A DNA stretch of 64,000 bases from Planctomycetes bacterium UBA7888. Its GTDB lineage: Bacteria > Planctomycetota > UBA1135. Positions 20,168 to 29,386 of the stretch are shown piece after piece. The stretch covers positions 725 through 64,724 of the forward strand of contig DLRM01000064.1 in NCBI GenBank assembly GCA_002500505.1, in the 5' to 3' direction. The position numbers and the translations under genes are program-made. The notes under the pieces were generated by a model. The model saw only the letters and a program-made list of their open reading frames with translations, ran no database searches and was not told the DNA's origin. Within the stretch, counting starts at the first letter, position 1. Every line of letters starts with the position of its first letter.

Positions 20168-22276
20168 GTGCAAATCATTCGCTTGATTCCCTTTGCGGGA
20201 GCGGCACTGGTACTAGGAGCCACGAGCTCACCTTCACCCCCCGCCAATGCTGCCCCTCAGCCTTACTCCGTGCAAATGCACGTACATGGCTCCCCTAGTG
20301 AAGGCAAGGGAAGTATGGAAAGTGGAACCTGGGAAGCCGAGCAAATGGGCTTGGATGCCATCTGGTGGAGTGACCATGATTGGCGAGCAAGCCATTACCG
20401 CAGTGTGAGTCGCTTTGGTTTTGAAAATTTCACTGAGGACTTGGGCGATGGAGAACCTTGGGCACCAATGTTCGACCTCGAGCTGGGACATAAAGGCTTT
20501 CTCCTTGACCCCAAAGGCGTACCTCCCACCTTCACGCTGGCCTCCATGGTTGTGGACTCTGCAACTCCCCCTGATACTGGGCAAGCAAGCTTTCAACTCC
20601 AAGCAAGTAACTCGGCATCTGACTGGGCTTCCTTTAAGGGAAACTTCGGTGCCTCTCGCGGCCGAGCGCGTCGTTTCCTTGCAAGCGGGATCCAACTCGA
20701 AATGGCAATCCTACCGGACACCCTTAGCGCCGACGCCAGACCCTTTGTTGACATCACTCTCTCTCAGCACCTCGTCCCTGGTGAGGCTGTGGCCTATGAC
20801 AATGTAGTTCTCCATTATTTTTTGAACAATAGTGGAACAACGCCCTGGCGAGACGGATTCACCTACTACATTCCTGTCCCCTATACCAAAGGCCAATGGA
20901 ATCATTTCTTGTTTGACTTAAATGCTGATGTGGCCGCAGGGTTTCCGAATTCCCATCCGGGAGACAACAGCCTGCGCACTATTTCAATTGGTATCGAATC
21001 TAAGAATGATGCACTCTGTATTGCTAACTACGACTCCATGATTATTCATGATGGTGCAGCTGGCCCAGAACTTTTCAAGAGGCAGGCCAGAATTCTCGAA
21101 CTACTTGAAAACCTAAAGCCGCAGGTTGCCCAGCTTCAGGGTGCAGAGATTTCCTACCTGCGCCATCTAAACGAATTTAGCCTGAGCGCTCAGATTCCAG
21201 ACTACGAAAGGTACATCACGGAATCTGGTTATATGGACGCCAATGGATGGGTGGCTGATACGGAAGCCATGAAAGATGTCGTTGTGCAAAGAATCGTCAA
21301 CGATATTCATCTTCGTGGTGGAGTGGTTTCTTACAATCACCTCTTTGGCACAGAAGGCTCACCAAATCCGGATACTAAAGAGCAGATTCTTGCGGACTTA
21401 ATCGCCAATAATCTATTCTCCACCGATATCCTTGAAGTTGGTTACAGGGAGCGCGCTTATCGCCCCCTCGAAGATTTTCTTTGGGTTTGGGACCAACTTG
21501 CTTTAAACGGCATCCCATTGATTGGCAATGGCGTCAGTGACTCCCATGGGAATGGCGGCGTGAACGACTGGCAGTCCCGAAAAAACAACTTTGTGAGTTG
21601 GATTTATGCGGACTCTCCCTCTAAACCCGATCTTCTAGAAGGACTCAAAGCAGGCCGCATCTTCTTTGGCGACAAAACTCAATTTGACGGAACAGTGGAA
21701 CTGACCACTCCCGAACAATTCGACATGGGGAAAATTATTGTAACGGACAAAACCCTGCAGGGCCTCCGCTTCAGAGTAGACGGCCTCGTTGCAGGTGATG
21801 AAGTCAAAATAATTAGCAATGGAATTCCTGTTCGCACGCATACCGCCCAGTCTTCTATATATAACCGAGCCGTTCCTGTACCACTTCCCACCATGACGGA
21901 CAACTTCTTCCGGATTGAGGTTCGCTCAAGCCAAGGCGTTGAAAAGGTCTTCAGTAATCCCATCTGGTTTGTACGAGAAGTCCCAGCTCGCGGGGTTTCA
22001 GCTTCCCAATTTGGCATGGACCTCGGCGGAATTCTTTCCGAAAAAGCCAAGAATATGCGAATCCGAAATGTCTTAAATAGCCCTTTTGTTGGAGGTGGCA
22101 TTCTCTTCATCACCGGTGCGGCAAAAAATGGAGAACTCACCCTTGAGTTTCCAGCCGCGACCATGCCTTGGAAGGTCCGCTATTTGAACGGGATTTCCGG
22201 AAACCATCAAATCAACGGAACTCGATTAACCGTTTATAACCTTCAGGGAATCGGCACTATCGCCATTAACTACTAG
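20168..22276 (+). CDS. Secreted PHP/CehA-like metal-dependent hydrolase domain protein
   Basis: GTG start, signal-like N-terminus. HVHGSPSEG...AIWWSDHDW (PHP motif I/II-like), then much later VVSYNHLFG and NGVSDSHGNGG (PHP-like late motifs). 702 aa. Confidence 0.45.
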   Translation: MQIIRLIPFAGAALVLGATSSPSPPANAAPQPYSVQMHVHGSPSEGKGSMESGTWEAEQMGLDAIWWSDHDWRASHYRSVSRFGFENFTEDLGDGEPWAPMFDLELGHKGFLLDPKGVPPTFTLASMVVDSATPPDTGQASFQLQASNSASDWASFKGNFGASRGRARRFLASGIQLEMAILPDTLSADARPFVDITLSQHLVPGEAVAYDNVVLHYFLNNSGTTPWRDGFTYYIPVPYTKGQWNHFLFDLNADVAAGFPNSHPGDNSLRTISIGIESKNDALCIANYDSMIIHDGAAGPELFKRQARILELLENLKPQVAQLQGAEISYLRHLNEFSLSAQIPDYERYITESGYMDANGWVADTEAMKDVVVQRIVNDIHLRGGVVSYNHLFGTEGSPNPDTKEQILADLIANNLFSTDILEVGYRERAYRPLEDFLWVWDQLALNGIPLIGNGVSDSHGNGGVNDWQSRKNNFVSWIYADSPSKPDLLEGLKAGRIFFGDKTQFDGTVELTTPEQFDMGKIIVTDKTLQGLRFRVDGLVAGDEVKIISNGIPVRTHTAQSSIYNRAVPVPLPTMTDNFFRIEVRSSQGVEKVFSNPIWFVREVPARGVSASQFGMDLGGILSEKAKNMRIRNVLNSPFVGGGILFITGAAKNGELTLEFPAATMPWKVRYLNGISGNHQINGTRLTVYNLQGIGTIAINY

Positions 22277-22343
22277 CCGATTCCGAGATTACCTCTGAAT
22301 CAAGTAGGGGATTCGCAGGACACTGCCGCTACAATCAAAAGCG

Positions 22344-22850
22344 ATGCGCGCTTACCGATTGGAGGTCAACGGCGACAAAATTGAAATCGCCGCCCCTGAG
22401 CACTGGACTCTTTTGGAGGTCCTGCGCTACAAGCTTGGTTTGACAGGAACCAAACAAGGTTGCGACAAAGGCGACTGTGGCGCCTGCACCGTTCTTGTTG
22501 ACGGCGAACCAGAACTTGCCTGCCTCCTTCTGCCGGGCGCAGTTGAGGGAAAGAAGATTCTTACGATTGAGGGCCTTGCACCCGCCCATCGCTGTCGAGG
22601 CGGAGAAGGTGCTGACCCTATTCAGGAATCCTTTGATGAGGCTGGAGCACTTCAGTGTGGTTTTTGTCAACCTGGCGTCATGCTTTCAGCGAGAGCTCTC
22701 TTGAATCGAGAACCCCATCCTAGTTGCGAACAAATTGCCGATTCTCTCAGCGGGAACTTATGTCGTTGCACGGGCTACAAACAAATTTACGATGCCGTTG
22801 AAGCCGCTGCGGACAAGGAAGCCGAGCTCAAAACGCAGGGAGCTGATTGA
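22344..22850 (+). CDS. Molybdenum hydroxylase family, [2Fe-2S] small subunit (HcrC/CoxS-like)
   Basis: 168 aa. Plant-type cluster motif CDKGDCGACTV...C and a second cluster motif CGFCQPG...CRCTGY. Confidence 0.9.
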   Translation: MRAYRLEVNGDKIEIAAPEHWTLLEVLRYKLGLTGTKQGCDKGDCGACTVLVDGEPELACLLLPGAVEGKKILTIEGLAPAHRCRGGEGADPIQESFDEAGALQCGFCQPGVMLSARALLNREPHPSCEQIADSLSGNLCRCTGYKQIYDAVEAAADKEAELKTQGAD

Positions 22851-25168
22851 TGGCCGCACGCGATCTTCACGGACCGGATGCCCCGTGGGGTGATTTTGGG
22901 GTTGTTGGCCAGAGGAATCGAAAAGTAGATGGCATGGACAAAGCGACCGGCTGTGCCATTTATGCGGATGACATTCAACTGCCCGGCATGCTTTACGCAA
23001 AAACTTTGCGGAGCCCTCATGCCCATGCCTTGATTCGTTCCATAGATACCGCCAAAGCCGAAGCCTTACCGGGTGTTTATGCGGTCTTGGTGGGCGATGA
23101 ACTTCCCATTCCTTACGGTGTCATCCCATGGACTCAAGACGAGCATGTGCTTGCCGTTGAGAAGGTTCGCTTCATCGGAGATGAGGTCGCTGCCGTTGCC
23201 GCGGTGGATGAAGACACCGCTAACGCAGCTCTCGAGTTAATCGAGGTGGAATACAAACCTCTTCGTGCTTTTTTTGACGCTGAGGAAGCCCTTTCGAACC
23301 CTGAGCCTGCAATTCATACTTCCAAAAAGGATGTAGGAAATCTCAGCAAACATGTTCGCCTAGAATTTGGCGAAGTCGATGCAGCCGCCCAATCTGCAGA
23401 TATCCTCATTGACGAAGAATATTCTTTCCATTCCACAACTCATGCGGCTATCGAACCCCATTGCGCAGTTGCTCAATGCAGCCCAGATGGGAAACTAACT
23501 CTTTGGTCGAGCACCCAAATTACTCACTATGTCCACCGCGCCTTATCGCGCGTTCTTGAACTTGAGCCTGAGAAAATCCGAGTCATTCAACCCTACCTAG
23601 GCGGGGCTTTTGGCGGCAAGTCCGATCCCTTCTCCTTGGAGTTCATCGTTTCTGCCCTTGCTCGGAAAACCGGCCGGCCGGTCAAATTGCTTTGGACTCG
23701 TGAAGAAGTTTTCTATGCGCATCGTGGCCGCCACGCCATGAAAATGAAATATCGAACTTCCGCTCAAGCGGATGGAAGAATCACGAGTGTGGATGCCAAT
23801 ATCTTGATTGATGGAGGCTCCTACTCTAGTTTTGGATTAGTGACCACTTACTATTCTGGGCAGCTCCTAACCGGCCCCTATGATTTCCCTTCCTATCGCT
23901 TTGATTCCACTCGCGTTTTCACAAACAAGCCTCCTTGTGGCCCCAAGCGTGGCCATGGCTCGGTTCAACCTCGCTTTGCCTTTGAATCTCAGCTCGATGA
24001 AGTTGCTACAAAACTGGGCATAGACCCCATTGAGATTCGCAGGAAAAACTTTCAAGGTGACTTTACAAAGACCGTAAATGCTCAGCGCATTACTTCCAAC
24101 GGATTCTTGGCGTGTTTAGATTCTGTTGAACGAGGAAGCGACTGGAAAAACAAACACGGGCAACTTCCTTTAGGTCGAGGCTTAGGTGTTGCTGGATCCA
24201 TGTATATCTCGGGGACCAATTACCCTGTTTACCCTAACGAGATGCCCCAGGCCGGCATTCAACTGCAAGTGGACCGTTCAGGAATTGTCACTGTATTCAC
24301 CGGCGCCAATGACATCGGCCAAGGCTCAAACACCATGATTGCTACGGTCGTTGCTGAAGAACTGGGCCTGGACATTCGAAATATCCGAGTCATCTCTGCC
24401 GACACGGATTTGTGCCCGGTCGATTTGGGTGCCTATTCCAGTCGAATCACCTTCATGGTTGGCAATGCCTGTATTGACGCTGCCAGAAAACTGCGCACCC
24501 AAATTGTGGGGGCCGTTGCTTCTGAATGGGATGTTGACGCTCGCCGCGTGAGCATGATGGGCGGCAAGGTGTTTGATCTTGAAGATTCGCAACGAGTCAT
24601 TCCATCGCGGGATGCCTTTCAAATCGCTGAAGCGCAATTAGAAACTTTAGGGGCCACGGGTTCCTATAACACCCCAACTCTTGGTGGTGATTATCGCGGC
24701 GGAACGATTGGAGCTTCCCCCGCTTACTCTTTCACAGCGCATGTGGCCGATGTTTCTGTTGACACTGAAACGGGCCGAATCACTTGCAATAAAGTTTGGA
24801 TTGCCCATGACTGTGGTCGCGCTCTCAATCCTATGTTGGTTGAGGGGCAGATGGAGGGCTCCGCCTATATGGGTGTGGCGGAAGCTCTAATGGAAGACCA
24901 CCATATGAACCGATTCGGTCTGCACGCCGGCCCTAGTCTTCTGGATTACCGCATTCCCACTTCTTGTGACACACCAGAACTGGAATCCATCATTGTGGAG
25001 AGTATTGACCCAGAAGGCCCATATGGTGCCAAAGAGGCTGGTGAAGGCCCCTTGCACCCTGCAATTCCCGCCATCGCCAATGCGGTTTACGACGCTGTCG
25101 GAATTCGCTTGCGGCATCTCCCTTTCACTCCTGGAAAAGTGCTCGAGGCATTGGACGCAAAATGTTGA
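22850..25168 (+). CDS. Molybdenum hydroxylase family, molybdopterin-binding large subunit (HcrA/CoxL/XdhB-like)
   Basis: About 772 aa. N-terminal a/b hammerhead (GKVDGMDKATGCAIYADD), GGAFGGKSD motif, C-terminal YGAKEAGEGPL. The ATG at 22850 overlaps the upstream TGA (TGATG). Confidence 0.9.
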   Translation: MAARDLHGPDAPWGDFGVVGQRNRKVDGMDKATGCAIYADDIQLPGMLYAKTLRSPHAHALIRSIDTAKAEALPGVYAVLVGDELPIPYGVIPWTQDEHVLAVEKVRFIGDEVAAVAAVDEDTANAALELIEVEYKPLRAFFDAEEALSNPEPAIHTSKKDVGNLSKHVRLEFGEVDAAAQSADILIDEEYSFHSTTHAAIEPHCAVAQCSPDGKLTLWSSTQITHYVHRALSRVLELEPEKIRVIQPYLGGAFGGKSDPFSLEFIVSALARKTGRPVKLLWTREEVFYAHRGRHAMKMKYRTSAQADGRITSVDANILIDGGSYSSFGLVTTYYSGQLLTGPYDFPSYRFDSTRVFTNKPPCGPKRGHGSVQPRFAFESQLDEVATKLGIDPIEIRRKNFQGDFTKTVNAQRITSNGFLACLDSVERGSDWKNKHGQLPLGRGLGVAGSMYISGTNYPVYPNEMPQAGIQLQVDRSGIVTVFTGANDIGQGSNTMIATVVAEELGLDIRNIRVISADTDLCPVDLGAYSSRITFMVGNACIDAARKLRTQIVGAVASEWDVDARRVSMMGGKVFDLEDSQRVIPSRDAFQIAEAQLETLGATGSYNTPTLGGDYRGGTIGASPAYSFTAHVADVSVDTETGRITCNKVWIAHDCGRALNPMLVEGQMEGSAYMGVAEALMEDHHMNRFGLHAGPSLLDYRIPTSCDTPELESIIVESIDPEGPYGAKEAGEGPLHPAIPAIANAVYDAVGIRLRHLPFTPGKVLEALDAKC

Positions 25169-26163
25169 GACTGCCACAATTCAAAATGGAGTACCCCACC
25201 ACGGTGGAGGATGCCGTTGCTCTTCTCGCTAAGCATGGAGATCGTGCCATGTTCCTTGCTGGTGGAACCGACTTGCTTCCAAATATGAAGCATGGTCTTT
25301 TTGAGCCCGAGGTCGTTATTGGACTAGGGGCCATAGAAGACATGAAGGGCATCCGAAAAGACAAGGATGGAAGTTTGCACATCGGCGCCATGACCTCCCT
25401 TACAGAAGTCGCTCGTTCCCAACTAATTACTGAAGCCGCCCCCGCACTCGCTCAAGCAGCGTCGGTCGTCGCCGGCCCTCAGATTCGAAATATGGGAACC
25501 CTTGGTGGGAATGTCATGCTGGATACGCGCTGTCAGTGGTACAACCAAAGCCATTTCTGGCGTAAATCCTTAGGGTACTGTCTAAAAAAGGACGGAACGG
25601 TTTGCCATGTCATTGAAGGTGGAAAAAAATGTGTGGCTGCTGCGAGTAACGACACTGCCCCTGCCCTTATGACTCTAGCGGCGGAGCTTCACTTCCTTTC
25701 ACCGAGCGGTGAGGTGGCTTTACCAATCGAAGAGCTCTGGAAAGCTGACGGTACCTGGAACAAAAACGTTGGTCCGGACGCCTTGCTGGTTTCCGTTCAT
25801 CTTCCTGCATTAAGTGGCCCCCATGGAGGCGCTTACCTCAAACTTCGCGAACGCAATGCCATCGATTTTCCACAGCTAGGGATTGCTGCCCGATTGGGAT
25901 TTGCTGAAGACGGCTCCATTTTTGAAGCCGCTGTTGCCGCAACTGCCTTAGGGCCTCGCCCGATCCTGCTTCAATCCACCACAAAACTACTTGCTGGCAC
26001 GACCCCTGGCGAAAGCAATTTTGAAGAGGCCTTATTAGAACTTTGCGCAAAGGCTCATAAGCAACTTTCCCCCCTTGCCAACATTCCAGGGGATGAAACC
26101 TATCGAAAGCGAATGGTGCCCATTTTTCTGAAACGTGCCCTAGTTCTGGCGGCGCAACCTTAA
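25162..26163 (+). CDS. Molybdenum hydroxylase family, FAD-binding medium subunit with four-Cys insertion (HcrB-like)
   Basis: 333 aa. FLAGGTDLLP FAD motif and GTLGGNV. Insertion CQWYNQSHFWRKSLGYCLKKDGTVCHVIEGGKKC at aa 124-157. Overlaps the large subunit by 7 nt. Confidence 0.85.
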   Translation: MLRLPQFKMEYPTTVEDAVALLAKHGDRAMFLAGGTDLLPNMKHGLFEPEVVIGLGAIEDMKGIRKDKDGSLHIGAMTSLTEVARSQLITEAAPALAQAASVVAGPQIRNMGTLGGNVMLDTRCQWYNQSHFWRKSLGYCLKKDGTVCHVIEGGKKCVAAASNDTAPALMTLAAELHFLSPSGEVALPIEELWKADGTWNKNVGPDALLVSVHLPALSGPHGGAYLKLRERNAIDFPQLGIAARLGFAEDGSIFEAAVAATALGPRPILLQSTTKLLAGTTPGESNFEEALLELCAKAHKQLSPLANIPGDETYRKRMVPIFLKRALVLAAQP

Positions 26164-26172
26164 ATTGGTTTC

Positions 26173-27813
26173 ATGTCTAGAGACTCCGGCTTCCTTTCTC
26201 GCTTATTCTCCACTCTCCTGGGAGGTTCAGCAAAACAAGATGTGACCCAAAAGGGACAAGAACTTCTGGCTAGTTATCAGCGAGAACTTAGTGACGGAAA
26301 TGGGGATCCAGAATCCCAGCTCACCCGAGTTCTGGACCAGTTACGAGCCTATTGGGAATTGGAGTCCCTTCGATGGGCGGCGGGAACTTCCTCCTCAGGT
26401 ATTCCGGTTCGTTTCTCCGGTGAGGAATTAGGCTCCATCACTTGGCACCCTGAGGATTCTAAGCTCGAAGAATCTCGGAGAAGTTTGTTAGTTATCCTTG
26501 CCGGTCTGGCCGCTCCTTATTTGGCAAAAGTTGCAGAATCTCAGGCAGACCCCTTGCAACGCTGGCAGTCGGAACGCGCCGACATGGTGACGGGGCTCTT
26601 GAACAGACCCGCCTTTATGGGATTATTATTGAACGAATTAGCCAAACCTTCCGGTAGTGCGGGCCTCACTTCCGTTTTGGTTACGGTCCACATTCAAGAT
26701 TACACAAAGCTCTACACTGACCTTGGCGGTAACGGTTATGACGAGCGCATCCGCGACTTTTCTCGGTTATTACGCGCTGACTTTGGTTTGCATTCCACTG
26801 CAGGCCGTTTGGAGGAGGACATGTTTGCAGTCCTAATTTGTGACCTTTCGAACCCCGACAAGGCCGCCAGCATGAGTGCTGCATTCCGCAATAAAGTGGA
26901 AGCCACTTTGGAGCTGGATGTCACAGCAGGCATTGCGCCTCGAGTAGACCTGTATTCCGATCCCCAAATTTGGCTCAATGACGCGCGCACAGCTGTTAAG
27001 CAGGCGGAAGAGCGCGGTGGCCAACAAGCCTTCTTTTCCCAAACGATGCAGATGCATTCGGTTGCTCGATGGCAGATGGAAACGGACCTTGAAAATGCAC
27101 TCGAAGCCGGACAAATCGAAACGTGGTTTCAACCCATTGTGCATCTTCCTGGAGGCGAGATCGCAGGCTACGAGGCTTTGTGTCGCTGGACCCATCCTGA
27201 AAAGGGAGGCATTCGACCTGATGAATTCATCCCCGTCGCAGAGAACGATGGCTCCTTAATTTTGGAAATTGGACAACTTACCTTAAGGGAAGCCTGTGAG
27301 ACCTTAGCTCGGATAAGTGAGCGAAATGGGACAGCGCCCTTTATGAGCGTGAACCTCTCTCCCGTTCAACTCAAAGACAGCCAGCTCCCTAAAAAAATCC
27401 TTGCCGTGGTGGAACTTGCTGGGGTGAACCCCGAACACTTGAAACTGGAAATCACAGAAACGGCTGTCATGCACGAACGGGAAAAAGCCATTCAGGCTCT
27501 TGAGAGGATTCGAGAGACGGGGGCACAACTCAGCATGGATGATTTTGGGACAGGCTACTCCTCCCTTGCCTACTTACGGGAGTTCCCAATTAGCACGCTC
27601 AAAATTGACCGCGCCTTTGTCTCCGGCTCGGACCTCGACGAAGAGGCTAAAGAGATTCTTAGAACTATCGTGGAGATGGCCCACAGCCTGGACCTTAAAA
27701 TTGTCGCTGAAGGTGTCGAAACTGAAGGCGAACGCGACCTGCTTGCTGAACTCGGCTGTGAGTACGGCCAAGGCTGGTTATTCGCTAAGCCTATGCCTGC
27801 TGAAGAGGTCTAA
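26173..27813 (+). CDS. GGDEF(degenerate)-EAL c-di-GMP phosphodiesterase with unknown N-terminal domain
   Basis: DMVTGLLNRPAF starts the GGDEF fold, but the signature reads GRLEEDMF. The EAL domain looks intact: YEALCRW, DEFIPVAE, NLSP, EITE, DDFGTGYSSL, EGVETE, QGWLFAKP. Confidence 0.85.
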   Translation: MSRDSGFLSRLFSTLLGGSAKQDVTQKGQELLASYQRELSDGNGDPESQLTRVLDQLRAYWELESLRWAAGTSSSGIPVRFSGEELGSITWHPEDSKLEESRRSLLVILAGLAAPYLAKVAESQADPLQRWQSERADMVTGLLNRPAFMGLLLNELAKPSGSAGLTSVLVTVHIQDYTKLYTDLGGNGYDERIRDFSRLLRADFGLHSTAGRLEEDMFAVLICDLSNPDKAASMSAAFRNKVEATLELDVTAGIAPRVDLYSDPQIWLNDARTAVKQAEERGGQQAFFSQTMQMHSVARWQMETDLENALEAGQIETWFQPIVHLPGGEIAGYEALCRWTHPEKGGIRPDEFIPVAENDGSLILEIGQLTLREACETLARISERNGTAPFMSVNLSPVQLKDSQLPKKILAVVELAGVNPEHLKLEITETAVMHEREKAIQALERIRETGAQLSMDDFGTGYSSLAYLREFPISTLKIDRAFVSGSDLDEEAKEILRTIVEMAHSLDLKIVAEGVETEGERDLLAELGCEYGQGWLFAKPMPAEEV

Positions 27814-27819
27814 CCTCCC

Positions 27820-29358
27820 CTACTCCCACTCGATTGTGCCGGGGGGTTTGGAGGTGATATCCAAAACAACACGGTTGATTCCGCGGACTTGATTAATGAT
27901 ACGGTTGGAGATTGCCTGAAGACAATCGCGGCTGGGGTAAACCCAATCGGCAGTCATACCGTCGGAGGATTGGACAGCACGAATGGCAACAGCTTCTTCG
28001 TAGGTGCGCTGATCACCCATGACGCCTACAGATTGCGCGCCAGTAAGAACAGCAAAGTATTGCCAGACGCCCTCATGCTCTCCGCGGTTTTCAAATTCCT
28101 CGCGAACAATCAAATCGGCTTGACGTAAGAGTTCAATGCGCGCGGGAGTGCACTCCCCTACACACCGCACAGCCAAACCCGGTCCAGGAAAGGGTTGGCG
28201 TTGGGTCAGTTCATCGGGCACGCCAAGACAACTCCCCAGCACACGGACTTCGTCTTTAAAAAGCAAACGAAGCGGCTCGACCAACTCCATTTCTAAATCA
28301 TCCGGCAGGCCACCCACATTGTGGTGAGACTTAATGACTTCGGTTGCCCCGCCATGGGCAGCAACGGATTCAATCACATCGGGATAAAGCGTCCCCTGGC
28401 CTAAAAAATGCGCGCGCTCAAATCGCTGAGCCTGCTCTCGGAAAACTTCGATGAATTCATGTCCAATGATTTTCCGCTTGGTCTCAGGGTCCGTTACGCC
28501 AGCAAGCTTGGACAAGAAGCGTTCGCCTGCATCGACAACGGTCAAATCCAAATCAAAATGTTCGCGATACTTCACCTCGACCAGGTCCCGTTCGCCCGCG
28601 CGCAATAGCCCGTTATCCACAAAGATGGCATGACAGCGGCGCCCGATCGCTTTTTGCAAAATGGCGCCGACCACAGAGGAATCCACACCACCGGACAAAC
28701 CAAGAACCACTTCACCATCATTGCCGATTTGCTCTTCAGCTTGCCGAACCAATTCATCCGCCAAGTCGCCTGGAGTCCAATCGCCCTCGCATCCGGCCAC
28801 TTTTTTGAGGAAATTTTCAAGCATCGCCACCCCTTCGGGGGTGTGCGCCACTTCGGGGTGGAACTGCAAACCGTAAAAACCGCGATCAGGGTCGCCAACG
28901 GCGGCTTCAGGACAATCTGCACTATGGGCCAAGCGCCGAAAACCGGCGGGCAATTCCGCAACGCGGTCGCCATGGCTCATCCAAACCACCGTCTCAGGGT
29001 TGATTCCACCAAAGAAGCCCGTGTCGTCGTCCACGGTCATTTCGGTAAAACCAAACTCGCGCGATTCGCCGGGAACCACCTTTCCGCCCAAGGATTCACA
29101 CATCCATTGCATGCCATAACAAATGCCCAGAATGGGGACCCCCGCATCTAAAACAGAGGCATCCATATCCGGTGCGCCCTCGAGATAAGCCGATGCCGGA
29201 CCACCCGAAAGAATGACCCCGCGTAAATCCTCCCCAAGATGCTCATGGGCAACCTGAGCAGGCACCACTTCCGAAAACACATCGTGTTCCCGCACGCGAC
29301 GCGCAATCAACTGAGTGTATTGCGAACCGAAGTCCACAATCAAAATGCGCTCATGCAT
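27820..29358 (-). CDS. guaA: GMP synthase (glutamine-hydrolysing)
   Basis: GATase ILIVDFGSQYTQLIARR and GICYGMQ; PP-loop SGGVDSS; C-terminal PPGTIEWE. ATG 29358 (MHERIL) is preferred; the ORF-track extension would overlap guaB. Confidence 0.95.
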   Translation of the reverse strand: MHERILIVDFGSQYTQLIARRVREHDVFSEVVPAQVAHEHLGEDLRGVILSGGPASAYLEGAPDMDASVLDAGVPILGICYGMQWMCESLGGKVVPGESREFGFTEMTVDDDTGFFGGINPETVVWMSHGDRVAELPAGFRRLAHSADCPEAAVGDPDRGFYGLQFHPEVAHTPEGVAMLENFLKKVAGCEGDWTPGDLADELVRQAEEQIGNDGEVVLGLSGGVDSSVVGAILQKAIGRRCHAIFVDNGLLRAGERDLVEVKYREHFDLDLTVVDAGERFLSKLAGVTDPETKRKIIGHEFIEVFREQAQRFERAHFLGQGTLYPDVIESVAAHGGATEVIKSHHNVGGLPDDLEMELVEPLRLLFKDEVRVLGSCLGVPDELTQRQPFPGPGLAVRCVGECTPARIELLRQADLIVREEFENRGEHEGVWQYFAVLTGAQSVGVMGDQRTYEEAVAIRAVQSSDGMTADWVYPSRDCLQAISNRIINQVRGINRVVLDITSKPPGTIEWE

Positions 29359-29386
29359 GGTTTTTGTGGAAGTAGCTTCCACGGCC

